NCBI GenBank assembly: GCA_964552925.1
Contig: CAZKJA010000001.1
Span: 1-37,136, forward strand
DNA: 37,136 bases
Direction: 5' to 3'
DNA from: an uncultured Treponemataceae bacterium
Lineage (GTDB): Bacteria > Spirochaetota > Spirochaetia > Treponematales > UBA12059
Shown here: in pieces, positions 1 to 10,878 of the stretch
How the letters are laid out: each line of letters begins with the position of its first letter
How positions within the stretch are numbered: the stretch's first letter is position 1
Notes under the pieces: model-generated
Seen by the model: only the letters and a program-made list of their open reading frames with translations
Databases searched by the model: none
Told to the model about the DNA's origin: nothing
Program-made: the position numbers and the translations under genes

Positions 1-293
1 AGCTGGCCGCTTGGCGGGATTACCGCTCCCCTCGAACCAGCCTGAAATACTGGCGCTCGACCTCGGGTTTCGAGGTTGACTTCATTTTGGATGACAAGAC
101 GGCTATAGAGGTAAAGGCAACCGCCAGGGTCGACGAGCGTGATCTTAGAGGTTTGAGAGCCCTGAGGGAGGAAGGTGCACTCGCCGCCTATATCGTCGTG
201 TGCAGGGAAACAGTCCCTCGCAGGACCGACGGTATCGACATCCTCCCCTGGCAGGTGTTCCTGGAGCGCCTGTGGTCGGGAATCCTGGTTTGA
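1..293 (+). CDS. C-terminal fragment of a DUF4143-type AAA ATPase (5' end outside window)
   Basis: Frame 3 is open from the window edge (LAAWRDYRSPRTSLKYWRSTSGFEVDFILDDKTAIEVKAT...PWQVFLERLW, stop 291-293). The pattern W-R-x-x-x-G-x-E-VDF-IL...IEVK matches the nuclease-like tail of DUF4143 ATPases. The TTG at 87 in the ORF track is an internal codon. Confidence 0.55.
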   Translation, partial: LAAWRDYRSPRTSLKYWRSTSGFEVDFILDDKTAIEVKATARVDERDLRGLRALREEGALAAYIVVCRETVPRRTDGIDILPWQVFLERLWSGILV

Positions 294-303
294 TGATTGT
301 CAG

Positions 304-1209
304 CTACTTGTTGCGAATGCCCAGAAGGAACTTCTGTAGCCTGTGCAGGAAATTGCTGCCATACCTCGAAGCAAAATCCCTGGCGGCTTCCGCGGCGGGG
401 TAGTGCACCCCGTAGCGCTTCTTGAGCTCGTCCCAGTGTTTCACGATGTAGAGGTACAGGTCGCTTACGGTCCTGCCGGGGAAGCGTTGTTCCAGGCTGC
501 CGGCGCGGATCGTGTCGGCTATCGGCTTGTAGACGGTCCTGTACCAGGAATCCGTCGCCATGACGAAGTCGATTTCCTTGTCGCTCGATTGGTTCATGTA
601 ATACTTGTGCACAAGGATGTGCTCGACGATCTGGTCGTAGGCGCCCGGGCTAGTGAAATCGAGGTCGGCGTCGTCGGTCACTTGGCCAAAAAGGGTCTGC
701 GCGTAGAATTCCTTTTTCTCGTATTCTATAAGGGCGTGCTTGATCTCATCCAGATCCATGCCCTTTTCAATGCGGATGGCTGAATCGAGTGACACGACCT
801 CGGCGTCGATTTCAAGCACGCCCTGCATCTTGGCTACCGATACCCTGTGGTTGCCGTCCCGTACGAAGTAGGCTCCGCCAAGTTCGTATAACCTGATCGG
901 CGGCAGGATGATGTCATGGTAGTGCGCCGAATCGACGCGTACCCAGCGATCCCGGAGGTAGCTGTGCTTGGGCAGGAAGCCCCTGGCGAAGTCGCGGTAC
1001 CGACCCTCCGATCCGATGATAAGGTCGACCGGGACAGCCATGACGCCCCTATACTCTTCGCCCCGGATTTTCAGAATGGCGCGAACCTCTTCGAGGGCGA
1101 GCAGCCTGCGCCTACCGGGGGACATGAATCCGGCGATGCGCGCGAACACTTCGCTCAAGCGAGCCTTGGAGAAGTCAGTCTCTGCCATGGCGTCGAACGT
1201 GTCAGGCAT
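304..1209 (-). CDS. ParB/Srx-fold N-terminal domain protein with a C-terminal domain of unknown function (DUF4032-like)
   Basis: 301-aa ORF with ATG at 1207-1209. It contains PPIRLYELGGAYFVRDGNHRVSVAK (DGNHR encoded at 844-858), a ParB N-terminal/sulfiredoxin-type motif. The C-terminal half (IVEHILVHKYYMNQ...WYRTVYKPI) resembles DUF4032 from memory only. Confidence 0.6.
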   Translation of the reverse strand: MPDTFDAMAETDFSKARLSEVFARIAGFMSPGRRRLLALEEVRAILKIRGEEYRGVMAVPVDLIIGSEGRYRDFARGFLPKHSYLRDRWVRVDSAHYHDIILPPIRLYELGGAYFVRDGNHRVSVAKMQGVLEIDAEVVSLDSAIRIEKGMDLDEIKHALIEYEKKEFYAQTLFGQVTDDADLDFTSPGAYDQIVEHILVHKYYMNQSSDKEIDFVMATDSWYRTVYKPIADTIRAGSLEQRFPGRTVSDLYLYIVKHWDELKKRYGVHYPAAEAARDFASRYGSNFLHRLQKFLLGIRNK

Positions 1210-1867
1210 GGTCCGTCTCCGTGTCCAGCACGTGGTATCCGTACGTGTTTATGACGGTCGTCCCCGCGTAGCGCGCGATGCGTTCCTCCCGGGGATCGTA
1301 GATGTGTATGTGTCCGTGAACGAGGTAGCGCGGCTTGAAGACGCGCATCAGCCACAGGAAGGCCTCGAAGCCACGGTGGCAGACGTCGGGGCGGTCGTGT
1401 ACGCCCTTGGGCGGCGCGTGCGTGAGGACGATGTCGACCGCGCGGCCGAACAGCAGGCGGTTGAACAGCAGGGCCGGCACTTTTAGCAGGACCCTGGTCC
1501 ACATCTGGGCCTGGCTGAACTGGTTCGGGCCGTTGTTGTAGCGCATCGAGCCGCCGAATCCGAAGACAATCAAGCCGGCTTCGCGGCGTGACTTGAACCC
1601 TATGTACGTTGCGCCGAAATCGTGGCCGTAATCGTGTTCCGCAACCGGCGCGCTGCCCGCGTTCGGGCGGAAATAGGGCAAGTCCTTGAGGTTGTGGTTG
1701 CCGAACACGAACAATAACGGCTTGTTGAGCGCGCTGACGATGTACGACAAGTAATCCATCGGCAAGTCTCCGGCGCTCAGCACGAGGTCGACATTGCCGA
1801 AACGCTCGCGAATCCGGATCGAGTGGACCAGCGGATCGATCTCGTCCGCCACGCAAAGAATTTTCAT
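1202..1867 (-). CDS. calcineurin-like metallophosphoesterase
   Basis: Motifs SAGDLPMD (GDxxD), FGNHN (GNH), LTHAPP and VHGHIH (GHxH). Start moved to ATG 1865-1867 (MKILCVADE), because the 54-aa upstream extension is basic and low-complexity. The stop overlaps the ParB-like start by 8 nt (1202-1209). Confidence 0.75.
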   Translation of the reverse strand: MKILCVADEIDPLVHSIRIRERFGNVDLVLSAGDLPMDYLSYIVSALNKPLLFVFGNHNLKDLPYFRPNAGSAPVAEHDYGHDFGATYIGFKSRREAGLIVFGFGGSMRYNNGPNQFSQAQMWTRVLLKVPALLFNRLLFGRAVDIVLTHAPPKGVHDRPDVCHRGFEAFLWLMRVFKPRYLVHGHIHIYDPREERIARYAGTTVINTYGYHVLDTETDHA

Positions 1868-1960
1868 GTGGGTTCGATGGGGCCGTCGCGTGAAGGCTCG
1901 TTGCTCAACGTTGCTTCTCCAATAAAATGCGGTTCTTTCTTTTGATTTGAGATTGCGCAG

Positions 1961-1989
1961 ATGGTACGGCGTGCCTTCCTTGTTGTCAA
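1961..1989 (-). promoter_or_regulatory. candidate sigma70-type promoter for the phosphoesterase/ParB-like pair
   Basis: Minus strand: TTGACA (1989-1984), 17 nt spacer, TACCAT (1966-1961). It lies about 90 nt upstream of ATG 1867 in a locally AT-richer spacer. Confidence 0.3.
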
Positions 1990-2063
1990 TGTTATTTTCT
2001 CGCTGGCGCCGAGTCGGGCCTCGAGGCATTCTCTGGCTCAGGAAGCGGGTTTATGAAAGTTCT

Positions 2064-2092
2064 TTGACATATAAGCAATGACGATGTACAAT
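2064..2092 (+). promoter_or_regulatory. candidate sigma70-type promoter of the sugar ABC operon
   Basis: TTGACA (2064-2069), exact 17-nt spacer, TACAAT (2087-2092). Followed by GGAGG (2123-2127) and ATG 2135. Confidence 0.5.
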
Positions 2093-2134
2093 ACACAACG
2101 AAATCCACTTAAAGTCCATTTTGGAGGTACAAAG

Positions 2135-3079
2135 ATGAAAGGGAAATGTGTAATCGCGGTCTTGGTGATCCTGACTCTGTGCGCTTCTGGTGTCTTCGCC
2201 AAGGGTGGCGCTGAAGCCGCCCCGGCGGCTGGAGCGGCGAAGCCCGTCCTCATCGCCTTCAGCGTATCCACGACGAGCAATCCGTTCTACGCGACAATGG
2301 CGCAGGGTGTCAGGGACGAAGCTGCGAAGGCAGGGTACGAGGCGCTGATCCTCGATGCCCAGAACAAGATTGAGAAGCAGGTGGCCGACGTCGAAGACGC
2401 GCTGACCAAGAACATCAAGTTCCTGCTGATAAACGGCGTCGATGACGGCGCGATTCCGCTGGCGAAAAAAGCCTTGGCCATGGGCATTCCTGTCATAGCT
2501 CTTCAACGGAACCTTGGCGAAGGGAACGCCACCGGTTTCATAGGCACGAACAACGTGGTGCTCGGGGAACAATTGATCCATTGGTACGGCAAGGGCTTGC
2601 AGGGCAAACCGGCCAAGGTGATCATCCTCACCGGGACCCCTGGCGCCGCGTCGTCGGAGGACAGGATCACCGGCATAAAGAACACCTTGCCCCAGTACGC
2701 GAACATTGAAGTGCTGGCGTGGCAGACCGGGTATTACGACCGGGCCAAGTCGCTACCCGTAGCCGAGAACATGCTCCAGCGTTTCCCGGACGCCGAGGCC
2801 ATCCTGTGCCTCAACGACGAAATGGCTATGGGAGCCTTGGCCGCGGCCAAATCGATGAACAGGAGCGTCAAGATTACCGGTATGGACGCCAATCCCGACG
2901 CGCTCAAGGCGGTCGCCGAAGGCGAGATCTTCATGACGATAGCGCTGCCGCCGTACGATATCGGCCGGTTCGGCGTCCAGGCGGTCCAGATGCTCGTCAA
3001 GGGCGAAAAAGTACCGGCAAAGAAGATCATGGACGTGGCCTTCGTCACCAAAGAAAATGTCGGACAGTTCAAAAAATAA
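2135..3079 (+). CDS. sugar ABC transporter periplasmic binding protein (CUT2, ribose/galactose-binding type), probable lipoprotein or secreted
   Basis: MKGKCVIAVLVILTLCASGVFA signal-like N-terminus after GGAGG. The body has Peripla_BP-type features (IAFSVSTTSNPFY, ILDAQN, NDEMAMGA). Followed by ABC ATPase and permease genes. Confidence 0.85.
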   Translation: MKGKCVIAVLVILTLCASGVFAKGGAEAAPAAGAAKPVLIAFSVSTTSNPFYATMAQGVRDEAAKAGYEALILDAQNKIEKQVADVEDALTKNIKFLLINGVDDGAIPLAKKALAMGIPVIALQRNLGEGNATGFIGTNNVVLGEQLIHWYGKGLQGKPAKVIILTGTPGAASSEDRITGIKNTLPQYANIEVLAWQTGYYDRAKSLPVAENMLQRFPDAEAILCLNDEMAMGALAAAKSMNRSVKITGMDANPDALKAVAEGEIFMTIALPPYDIGRFGVQAVQMLVKGEKVPAKKIMDVAFVTKENVGQFKK

Positions 3080-4628
3080 CGGTGTTGCCGCGGAAGCTAC
3101 GCCGCCAGGCTTGGGCGGGCAGGTCTCGAACCTGTCCGTCGAAGCCGTGTCCAAACGCTTCCCGGGCGTCCAGGCGCTCGACAATGTCTCGTTCTCCATA
3201 TGTACCGGCGAGGTGCACGTCTTGCTGGGAGAGAACGGGGCGGGAAAATCGACCCTCCTCAAGATCCTCAGCGGCGCTACCCAGCCCGATACCGGCAAGG
3301 TGACGCTCGATTCCAGGGATGTGGTTCTAAAGAATCCGGGCGTAGCCGCGCAGGCGGGTATCGCGACTATATACCAGGAACTCAGCCTGGTCCCGTATCT
3401 GAGCGTCGCGCATAACTTGTTCCTGGGCAGGGAGTGGGTAGCCGGCCGCTGGATAATGTCGCTGTCCAGGTTGAACGACATGGCCAGAGCGGTGTTCGCG
3501 CGGCTCGGGGTCAAGCTGGATCCGACCGTCCGCTCAGGATCGCTGGGGATGGCTGAGCAGCAACTCGTCGAGATCTGCAGGGCGCTTTCCAGGAATGCCA
3601 GGTTCATCCTGATGGACGAGCCGACCGCCTCCCTGACCGGAACCGAGATAGACCTGCTCTTCCGCACCATCGACACGCTCAAGAGGAGCGGGGTAGGCAT
3701 ACTCTATATTTCGCACCGCCTCGAAGAAATCGAGCGGATAGCCGACAGGGTGACGGTGATGCGGGACGGATGCGTCGTCAACGGGGGGCCTGCGGGCGAA
3801 CTGAGCCTGCCACAGCTGATCACCAGCATGGTCGGCAGGTCGATAGCCAACCACTACCCCAAGGAAATTACCGCCCCCGGGGAGACTATCCTCGAGGTGG
3901 ATCAAGAGCCCGGAGGAATGCCTGGCGATCGGGCGATCACCTTCGTCGCGCGGGCGGGGGAAGTCGTCGGCATCGCCGGCCTTGTCGGAGCGGGCAGGAC
4001 GGAATGGGCCCGGAAGGTGTTCGGGGCGGACGCGTCTCCGGCCGGCGGGACCCGCGTGGAGGGAAAGCCGGTGCGGGTAAAGTCGCCCCGCCACGCCAGG
4101 GACCTGGGGATAGGGCTCGTACCGGAGAACCGCAAGGAGCAGGGCCTGCTCCTCGGGCGCACCGTCCGGGACAACATAACGGTGACAATTCTGGACAGGA
4201 TAAGCAGCTTCGGCCTGTTCATCGACAAGGCCAGGCAGGCAGCGGTTTCGGCCCACTACATAGAAAAGCTTGCAGTGAAGTGCCCGTCCGACTCGCACGA
4301 TGTCGGCACCCTCAGCGGAGGCAACCAGCAGAAGGTGGTCCTGGCCAAGTGGCTCGCGTGCGAAGGCCGCGTGATAATCCTCGACGAACCGACGAGGGGG
4401 ATCGATGTCGGCGCCAAGCAGGAGATGTACCGGCATATGAATACGTTATGCCTTGAAGGGAAGACAGTCATTCTCATTTCGTCCGACCTGCCGGAACTCC
4501 TGTCGATGAGCGACAGGATCTATGTCATGCACAAGGGGCGGTTCACCGCCGAGTTGTCCAGGGAAGAAGCGGATCAGGAAACGGTGATCCGCCACGCATC
4601 GGGTTTGAAGGGGAGCGCAACGGTATGA
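3057..4628 (+). CDS. sugar ABC transporter ATP-binding protein, duplicated ABC domains (RbsA/MglA-like)
   Basis: Two Walker A sites (GENGAGKST, GLVGAGRTE), LSGGNQQK signature, and Walker B ILMDEPT / ILDEPT. The start is uncertain: ATG 3057 overlaps the upstream gene by 23 nt, and an internal TTG about 18 codons downstream is possible. Confidence 0.9.
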   Translation: MSDSSKNNGVAAEATPPGLGGQVSNLSVEAVSKRFPGVQALDNVSFSICTGEVHVLLGENGAGKSTLLKILSGATQPDTGKVTLDSRDVVLKNPGVAAQAGIATIYQELSLVPYLSVAHNLFLGREWVAGRWIMSLSRLNDMARAVFARLGVKLDPTVRSGSLGMAEQQLVEICRALSRNARFILMDEPTASLTGTEIDLLFRTIDTLKRSGVGILYISHRLEEIERIADRVTVMRDGCVVNGGPAGELSLPQLITSMVGRSIANHYPKEITAPGETILEVDQEPGGMPGDRAITFVARAGEVVGIAGLVGAGRTEWARKVFGADASPAGGTRVEGKPVRVKSPRHARDLGIGLVPENRKEQGLLLGRTVRDNITVTILDRISSFGLFIDKARQAAVSAHYIEKLAVKCPSDSHDVGTLSGGNQQKVVLAKWLACEGRVIILDEPTRGIDVGAKQEMYRHMNTLCLEGKTVILISSDLPELLSMSDRIYVMHKGRFTAELSREEADQETVIRHASGLKGSATV

Positions 4629-5581
4629 ACAATGGTGGCAAGGCGGCTTTGACCCGGTTCTTCGCCCGGTACGGCTCGTTCGGCGTATTGATAGTGCTCG
4701 TCGTCTCGATGTCCCTGGCCTCGGACACGTTCCTGACAGTGCCCAATCTCGTCAACGTCGCGCGGCAGGTGTCGATCAACAGCATCATCGCGGCCGGCAT
4801 GACGTTCATCATCATAACGGCGGGGATAGACCTCTCGGTCGGCTCGCTGGTCGCCCTGAGCAGCTGCGTAGCGATGATAGTCATAGACGCGACCGGCTCG
4901 TCGCTCGTCGGCATCCTCGCAGGGATCATGCTCGGCGCGGCCGCCGGAGCGCTGAACGGGGCCTTCATCGCGTGGGCGGGGATCCCGCCGTTCATAGTCA
5001 CGCTCGCGGGCCTTACCATCTACCGCGGCATAGCGCTCATCATCACCGGTGGCTCGCCCATCATCCGCTTCGAGGGCGGATTCAGGGCGCTCGGACAGGG
5101 CGTGGTCGCGGGCATCCCCATTCCGGTGATGGTGATGGCGGCGGTCATCGCCATCATGCACGTCACGCTGACCCGCACGTCCTTCGGGGCGCACGTACAC
5201 GCGGTCGGCGGGAACGAGGAAGCGAGCCGGCTTTCGGGCATACGGGTGGGACGCGTCAAATTCGCCGTGTACGTGATCGGCGGCATGCTCACCGCGCTCG
5301 CGGGGATGGTGCTGATGGGCAGGTTGTCGTCGGCCCAGCCTAATACGGGGGAGGGTTTCGAGCTCGACGCGATAGCCGCGGTCATACTCGGCGGCACCAG
5401 CCTGATGGGCGGCAGGGGCAGCATCCTGGGGACGCTCGTCGGCGCCCTCGTGATAGGCATCCTGAACAACGGGTTCAACCTGATGTCCGTCGACGCCCAT
5501 TTCCAGCTGGTCGCCAAGGGCGTGATAATCATGCTCGCCGTCCTTCTGGATCGTTACCTCAAGAAAGAACGCGTCGCCTGA
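4625..5581 (+). CDS. sugar ABC transporter permease (RbsC/BPD_transp_2 type)
   Basis: Polytopic membrane protein with GGIDLSVGS and ILGGTSLMGGRGS motifs typical of CUT2 permeases. ATGA start/stop overlap with the ATPase gene (4625-4628). Confidence 0.9.
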   Translation: MNNGGKAALTRFFARYGSFGVLIVLVVSMSLASDTFLTVPNLVNVARQVSINSIIAAGMTFIIITAGIDLSVGSLVALSSCVAMIVIDATGSSLVGILAGIMLGAAAGALNGAFIAWAGIPPFIVTLAGLTIYRGIALIITGGSPIIRFEGGFRALGQGVVAGIPIPVMVMAAVIAIMHVTLTRTSFGAHVHAVGGNEEASRLSGIRVGRVKFAVYVIGGMLTALAGMVLMGRLSSAQPNTGEGFELDAIAAVILGGTSLMGGRGSILGTLVGALVIGILNNGFNLMSVDAHFQLVAKGVIIMLAVLLDRYLKKERVA

Positions 5582-5596
5582 CGCCCGCCGGGCTTG

Positions 5597-7204
5597 CTAG
5601 CGCTCGACCCCGGGCGCTTTTCGCTTCCCCGGCAGATTGATTGCGATCCCGACGGCCAGCATCGCGGCGGCGGCCAGCGCGAAGGCCGCTCCCAGCCAAT
5701 CCCCGAAGCGCGTATACAGCGTCGTTCCCTTCAAGATCGGCACGGCGACTGTCAACTGCGCCTCGACGAATGGTTCCGCCATCGCCAGGATCTTGCCGTT
5801 GGGGTCTATGCCGCAACTCTGGCCCGAGGCGGTCGCCCGTACAAGAGAGCGCCTGTTTTCCACCGCCCGGAACACGGCTATGCTCATGTGCTGCATCTGG
5901 GATGGCAGGCTGTGCGCCCAGGCGTCGTTCGTCATGTTGACTATCACGTCGGCCCCGGCGTTGACGAAGCGGCGCGACAGGTATCCGAAGGTATCCTCGA
6001 AGCATATCGGGGTGGAGAAGCGGAAACCGGCCGCCTCGAACACTGTCGCCTCGGTTCCCTTCTTCCAGAAGTGGGTGTCGGCCTCGGACAGCGCCTTGTA
6101 GACCCCGGGGAGCCATTTCCGGTACGGGAAGTGCTCGGTGAACGGCACAAGGTGGATCTTCCGGTAAATGCCCGCCTCCTTGCCGCCGTCGAACAGGATC
6201 GCCGCGTTGTAGTCGACCCGTTCGAGCTCGCCGGAGGCATTCGCCTCTTTGCGGGCGTCATCGTTGCCGACGACGAAGGGTACATCCTGGACGGCCATGA
6301 AATCCAGCAACTCCTTGACGAGCTGGTAATAATCGGGGTTTTCGCGGTATGTGGAATGCCAGTGTATCCTGGGAACGAATGCGGTTTCCGACCATACGAC
6401 GAGGTCGGGCCTGGTCTCGCTCGAGAGGGCCTCAAGAGACAATTCGCGCAAGACCCTGAGGTTGCGGGCGTAGGCCTGGAGCTCGCCCTTCCAGGGATCG
6501 GTGTTGTGCTGCACTAGCGCGATCCGCTTGACGGGCGCTTCGGCATAGTCGATCCTGGCGAACTGGCCGTACGCAAGCGCCGCCGCCATCGCCGCCGCCC
6601 ATATGATCGCGGACGCCCTTTCCGTGCGCGCGAACGCCTTGATACCCGCTCTGCCTTGGTGCAGGGCGGCCGCCAGCCATGCGGAAGGAAACACGACGAG
6701 GGCAGAGACGCCCCAGACGCCGAAAATGTCCGCTATCTGAATCAGCGGGATCTGGTGCCACTGCGTATACCCGGAAATTCCGTATGCGTACCCGAGGTAA
6801 CCTTTTGTACGGAGGTATTCGTAGCCCATCCAGAGCAGGAACTGGACGATATAGCCTCGCCGCCTGAACAACCTTGTCGACAAGGTCATCAGCGGGAACA
6901 ATACGGCCAGGTACACTGAATAGATGATGCCGACTATTATGCCCGCGAGCGGATGGAAGGTGCCGAGCCAGTAATTGAAGAGACCGTAGGCGACATACCC
7001 ATACAAGGCGCCCCAGAGGATGGATGCGCCTGGCTTGACCCTACTGGTCAGCCAGAAAACCGGCACGAAGGCGACCCACGCCAGGATCGGGAGGCCGTCA
7101 CGGATAAGCAGGTTGGGGAACGATGCGGCAAACAGGACCGAGGCGATTATGACCGCGGCAAGCTTGGCCAGGAACGGGCGCAGGTGTCGTTCGATCAAGG
7201 TCAT
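5597..7204 (-). CDS. lnt: apolipoprotein N-acyltransferase
   Basis: N-terminal multi-TM region plus a C-terminal CN-hydrolase domain (VVWSETAF, YRKIHLVPFTEHFPY, TPICFEDTF). ATG at 7202-7204 is preferred over the TTG at 7261 given in the ORF track. Confidence 0.85.
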   Translation of the reverse strand: MTLIERHLRPFLAKLAAVIIASVLFAASFPNLLIRDGLPILAWVAFVPVFWLTSRVKPGASILWGALYGYVAYGLFNYWLGTFHPLAGIIVGIIYSVYLAVLFPLMTLSTRLFRRRGYIVQFLLWMGYEYLRTKGYLGYAYGISGYTQWHQIPLIQIADIFGVWGVSALVVFPSAWLAAALHQGRAGIKAFARTERASAIIWAAAMAAALAYGQFARIDYAEAPVKRIALVQHNTDPWKGELQAYARNLRVLRELSLEALSSETRPDLVVWSETAFVPRIHWHSTYRENPDYYQLVKELLDFMAVQDVPFVVGNDDARKEANASGELERVDYNAAILFDGGKEAGIYRKIHLVPFTEHFPYRKWLPGVYKALSEADTHFWKKGTEATVFEAAGFRFSTPICFEDTFGYLSRRFVNAGADVIVNMTNDAWAHSLPSQMQHMSIAVFRAVENRRSLVRATASGQSCGIDPNGKILAMAEPFVEAQLTVAVPILKGTTLYTRFGDWLGAAFALAAAAMLAVGIAINLPGKRKAPGVER

Positions 7205-7291
7205 GCCACAGTGTACGGTGCCCGCTACGGCATCGTCAATGATCGTTTCCAAACTTGACAAGCGCGTGCCCGCAAACGAGTATTTGAGGAA

Positions 7292-8200
7292 ATGCGTATA
7301 CTTATAGCCGAAGATGATGTCACGTCGAGGATAGTCCTATCCAACATGCTCAGGAAGAGCGGCCACGAAGTCGTGGAAACGGGCAACGGGGTCCAGGCGT
7401 GGAATGTATTGCGCCAGAAACAGCCGCCGTCGCTGGCTATCCTCGACTGGGTGATGCCCGAGATGGACGGGGTCGACGTGATCCGCAATGTGCGGTCGTT
7501 GCAGACGGACCTTCCCACGTACATCATAATGTTGTCTGGACGGGGCGAGAAAGCCGATATAATCACCGGCTTGGCCGCCGGGGCCGACGACTATATCGCC
7601 AAGCCTTTCGACCCCGGCGAGCTCACAGCGAGGATCGACGTCGGCCGGCGCCTGATCGAATTGCAGTCGAGGCTCAACGAAGCCCGTGTCGCCCTCGCGC
7701 ACGAGGCCACCCATGACGCGTTGACAGGCACGCTCAACCGCAGGGCCATTCTCGATGCCCTTTCGCGCGAGATGTCCCGCGAGAAACGGAATCCCGTAGG
7801 CCTGACCGTCGGCATATGCGACATAGACCACTTCAAGGACGTAAACGATACGCATGGCCACCTGATAGGCGATGAGGTGCTGTACGGCTTCGTGCGTCTC
7901 CTGCAAGGCAAATTGCGCGAATACGACCTGCTCGGACGCTTCGGCGGAGAGGAATTCGTCATTGTCACCCCGGGACTCAGGGCGGAGGACTCGGCCGCGC
8001 TGTACGGGCGTTTTCTGGAAGCCGTCGCGAAAAAACCCATCCCGACGCAGGTGGGCGACGTACCGATAACAATAAGCATAGGGGTAGCGATCTACAGGCC
8101 GGACATGAAAATGGACGCCCTGCTGACAGACGCGGACATGGCCTTGTACAAGGCGAAGAACGAGGGGCGAAACAGGGTCTGCCTGTCCGCGGAAAGATGA
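7292..8200 (+). CDS. response regulator-diguanylate cyclase (REC-GGDEF, PleD/WspR-like)
   Basis: MRILIAEDD...[13 protein letters not shown] receiver. The GGDEF domain has an intact GGEEF and an RxxD I-site five residues upstream ([14 protein letters not shown]). GAGGA lies before ATG 7292. Confidence 0.9.
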   Translation: MRILIAEDDVTSRIVLSNMLRKSGHEVVETGNGVQAWNVLRQKQPPSLAILDWVMPEMDGVDVIRNVRSLQTDLPTYIIMLSGRGEKADIITGLAAGADDYIAKPFDPGELTARIDVGRRLIELQSRLNEARVALAHEATHDALTGTLNRRAILDALSREMSREKRNPVGLTVGICDIDHFKDVNDTHGHLIGDEVLYGFVRLLQGKLREYDLLGRFGGEEFVIVTPGLRAEDSAALYGRFLEAVAKKPIPTQVGDVPITISIGVAIYRPDMKMDALLTDADMALYKAKNEGRNRVCLSAER

Positions 8201-8204
8201 TCCG

Positions 8205-10640
<2,436 letters not shown>

Positions 10641-10781
10641 TACCTTTCACGCTCTTTTCAGGTGCTTGAAATAATTGTCGCAACCCGGCGCCGACCCCTT
10701 GGGGCCGGACAACGTGCCCTGTTTCGCGAGCGGCTTCCTGACGGGTACCGGCCCGGTGATGACGGGAAGGCGGTAATGGCC

Positions 10782-10808
10782 ATGAACAGAATGAACACAA
10801 TGCAATAA
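10782..10808. repeat. three tandem 9-nt units upstream of dctP (ATGAACAGA / ATGAACACA / ATGCAATAA)
   Basis: Read directly from sequence with period 9 nt. The stretch is also readable as the end of a 10-codon mini-ORF, MAMNRMNTMQ* (10776-10808), preceded by GGGAAGG (10764-10770). Confidence 0.6.
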
Positions 10809-10837
10809 ACGATCCCAAAGTGTACCTATCAAGGGTC

Positions 10838-10870
10838 CCGTGTAAAGATTCCTTCAGGTTTTTTACACGG
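10838..10870. promoter_or_regulatory. inverted repeat / stem-loop abutting the dctP ribosome-binding site
   Basis: CCGTGTAAA (10838-10846) and TTTACACGG (10862-10870) are perfect reverse complements with a 15-nt spacer. The 3' arm ends in the first two G of the GGAGGA SD (10869-10874). Confidence 0.35.
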
Positions 10871-10878
10871 AGGACAAC

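Noticed and set aside
1868-2029. N-terminal extensions in the ORF track: 1868-2029, 2078-2134, 17378-17641, 27304-27336, 27429-27479, 35277-35453, 36634-36858, 7205-7261.
   Set aside because: The extensions are basic or low-complexity, lack homology-like features, and run into divergent promoter regions or upstream genes. Internal ATGs sit at family-typical N-termini, usually behind GGAGG-type SDs or in ATGA overlaps.
7254-7282. TTGACA-17-GAGTAT promoter-like motif upstream of the REC-GGDEF gene.
   Set aside because: The -10 hexamer is weak. The predicted start would fall inside or after the GAGGA SD (7286-7290), which is inconsistent with use of that SD. It is not reported as a feature.
10771-10800. 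Possible sigma54 (-24 GG / -12 GC) promoter around TGGCC...(10777) upstream of dctP.
   Set aside because: No TTGC element occurs at the required spacing from the GG, and no enhancer-binding-protein (NtrC-type) regulator is present. The local regulator is CitB-type.
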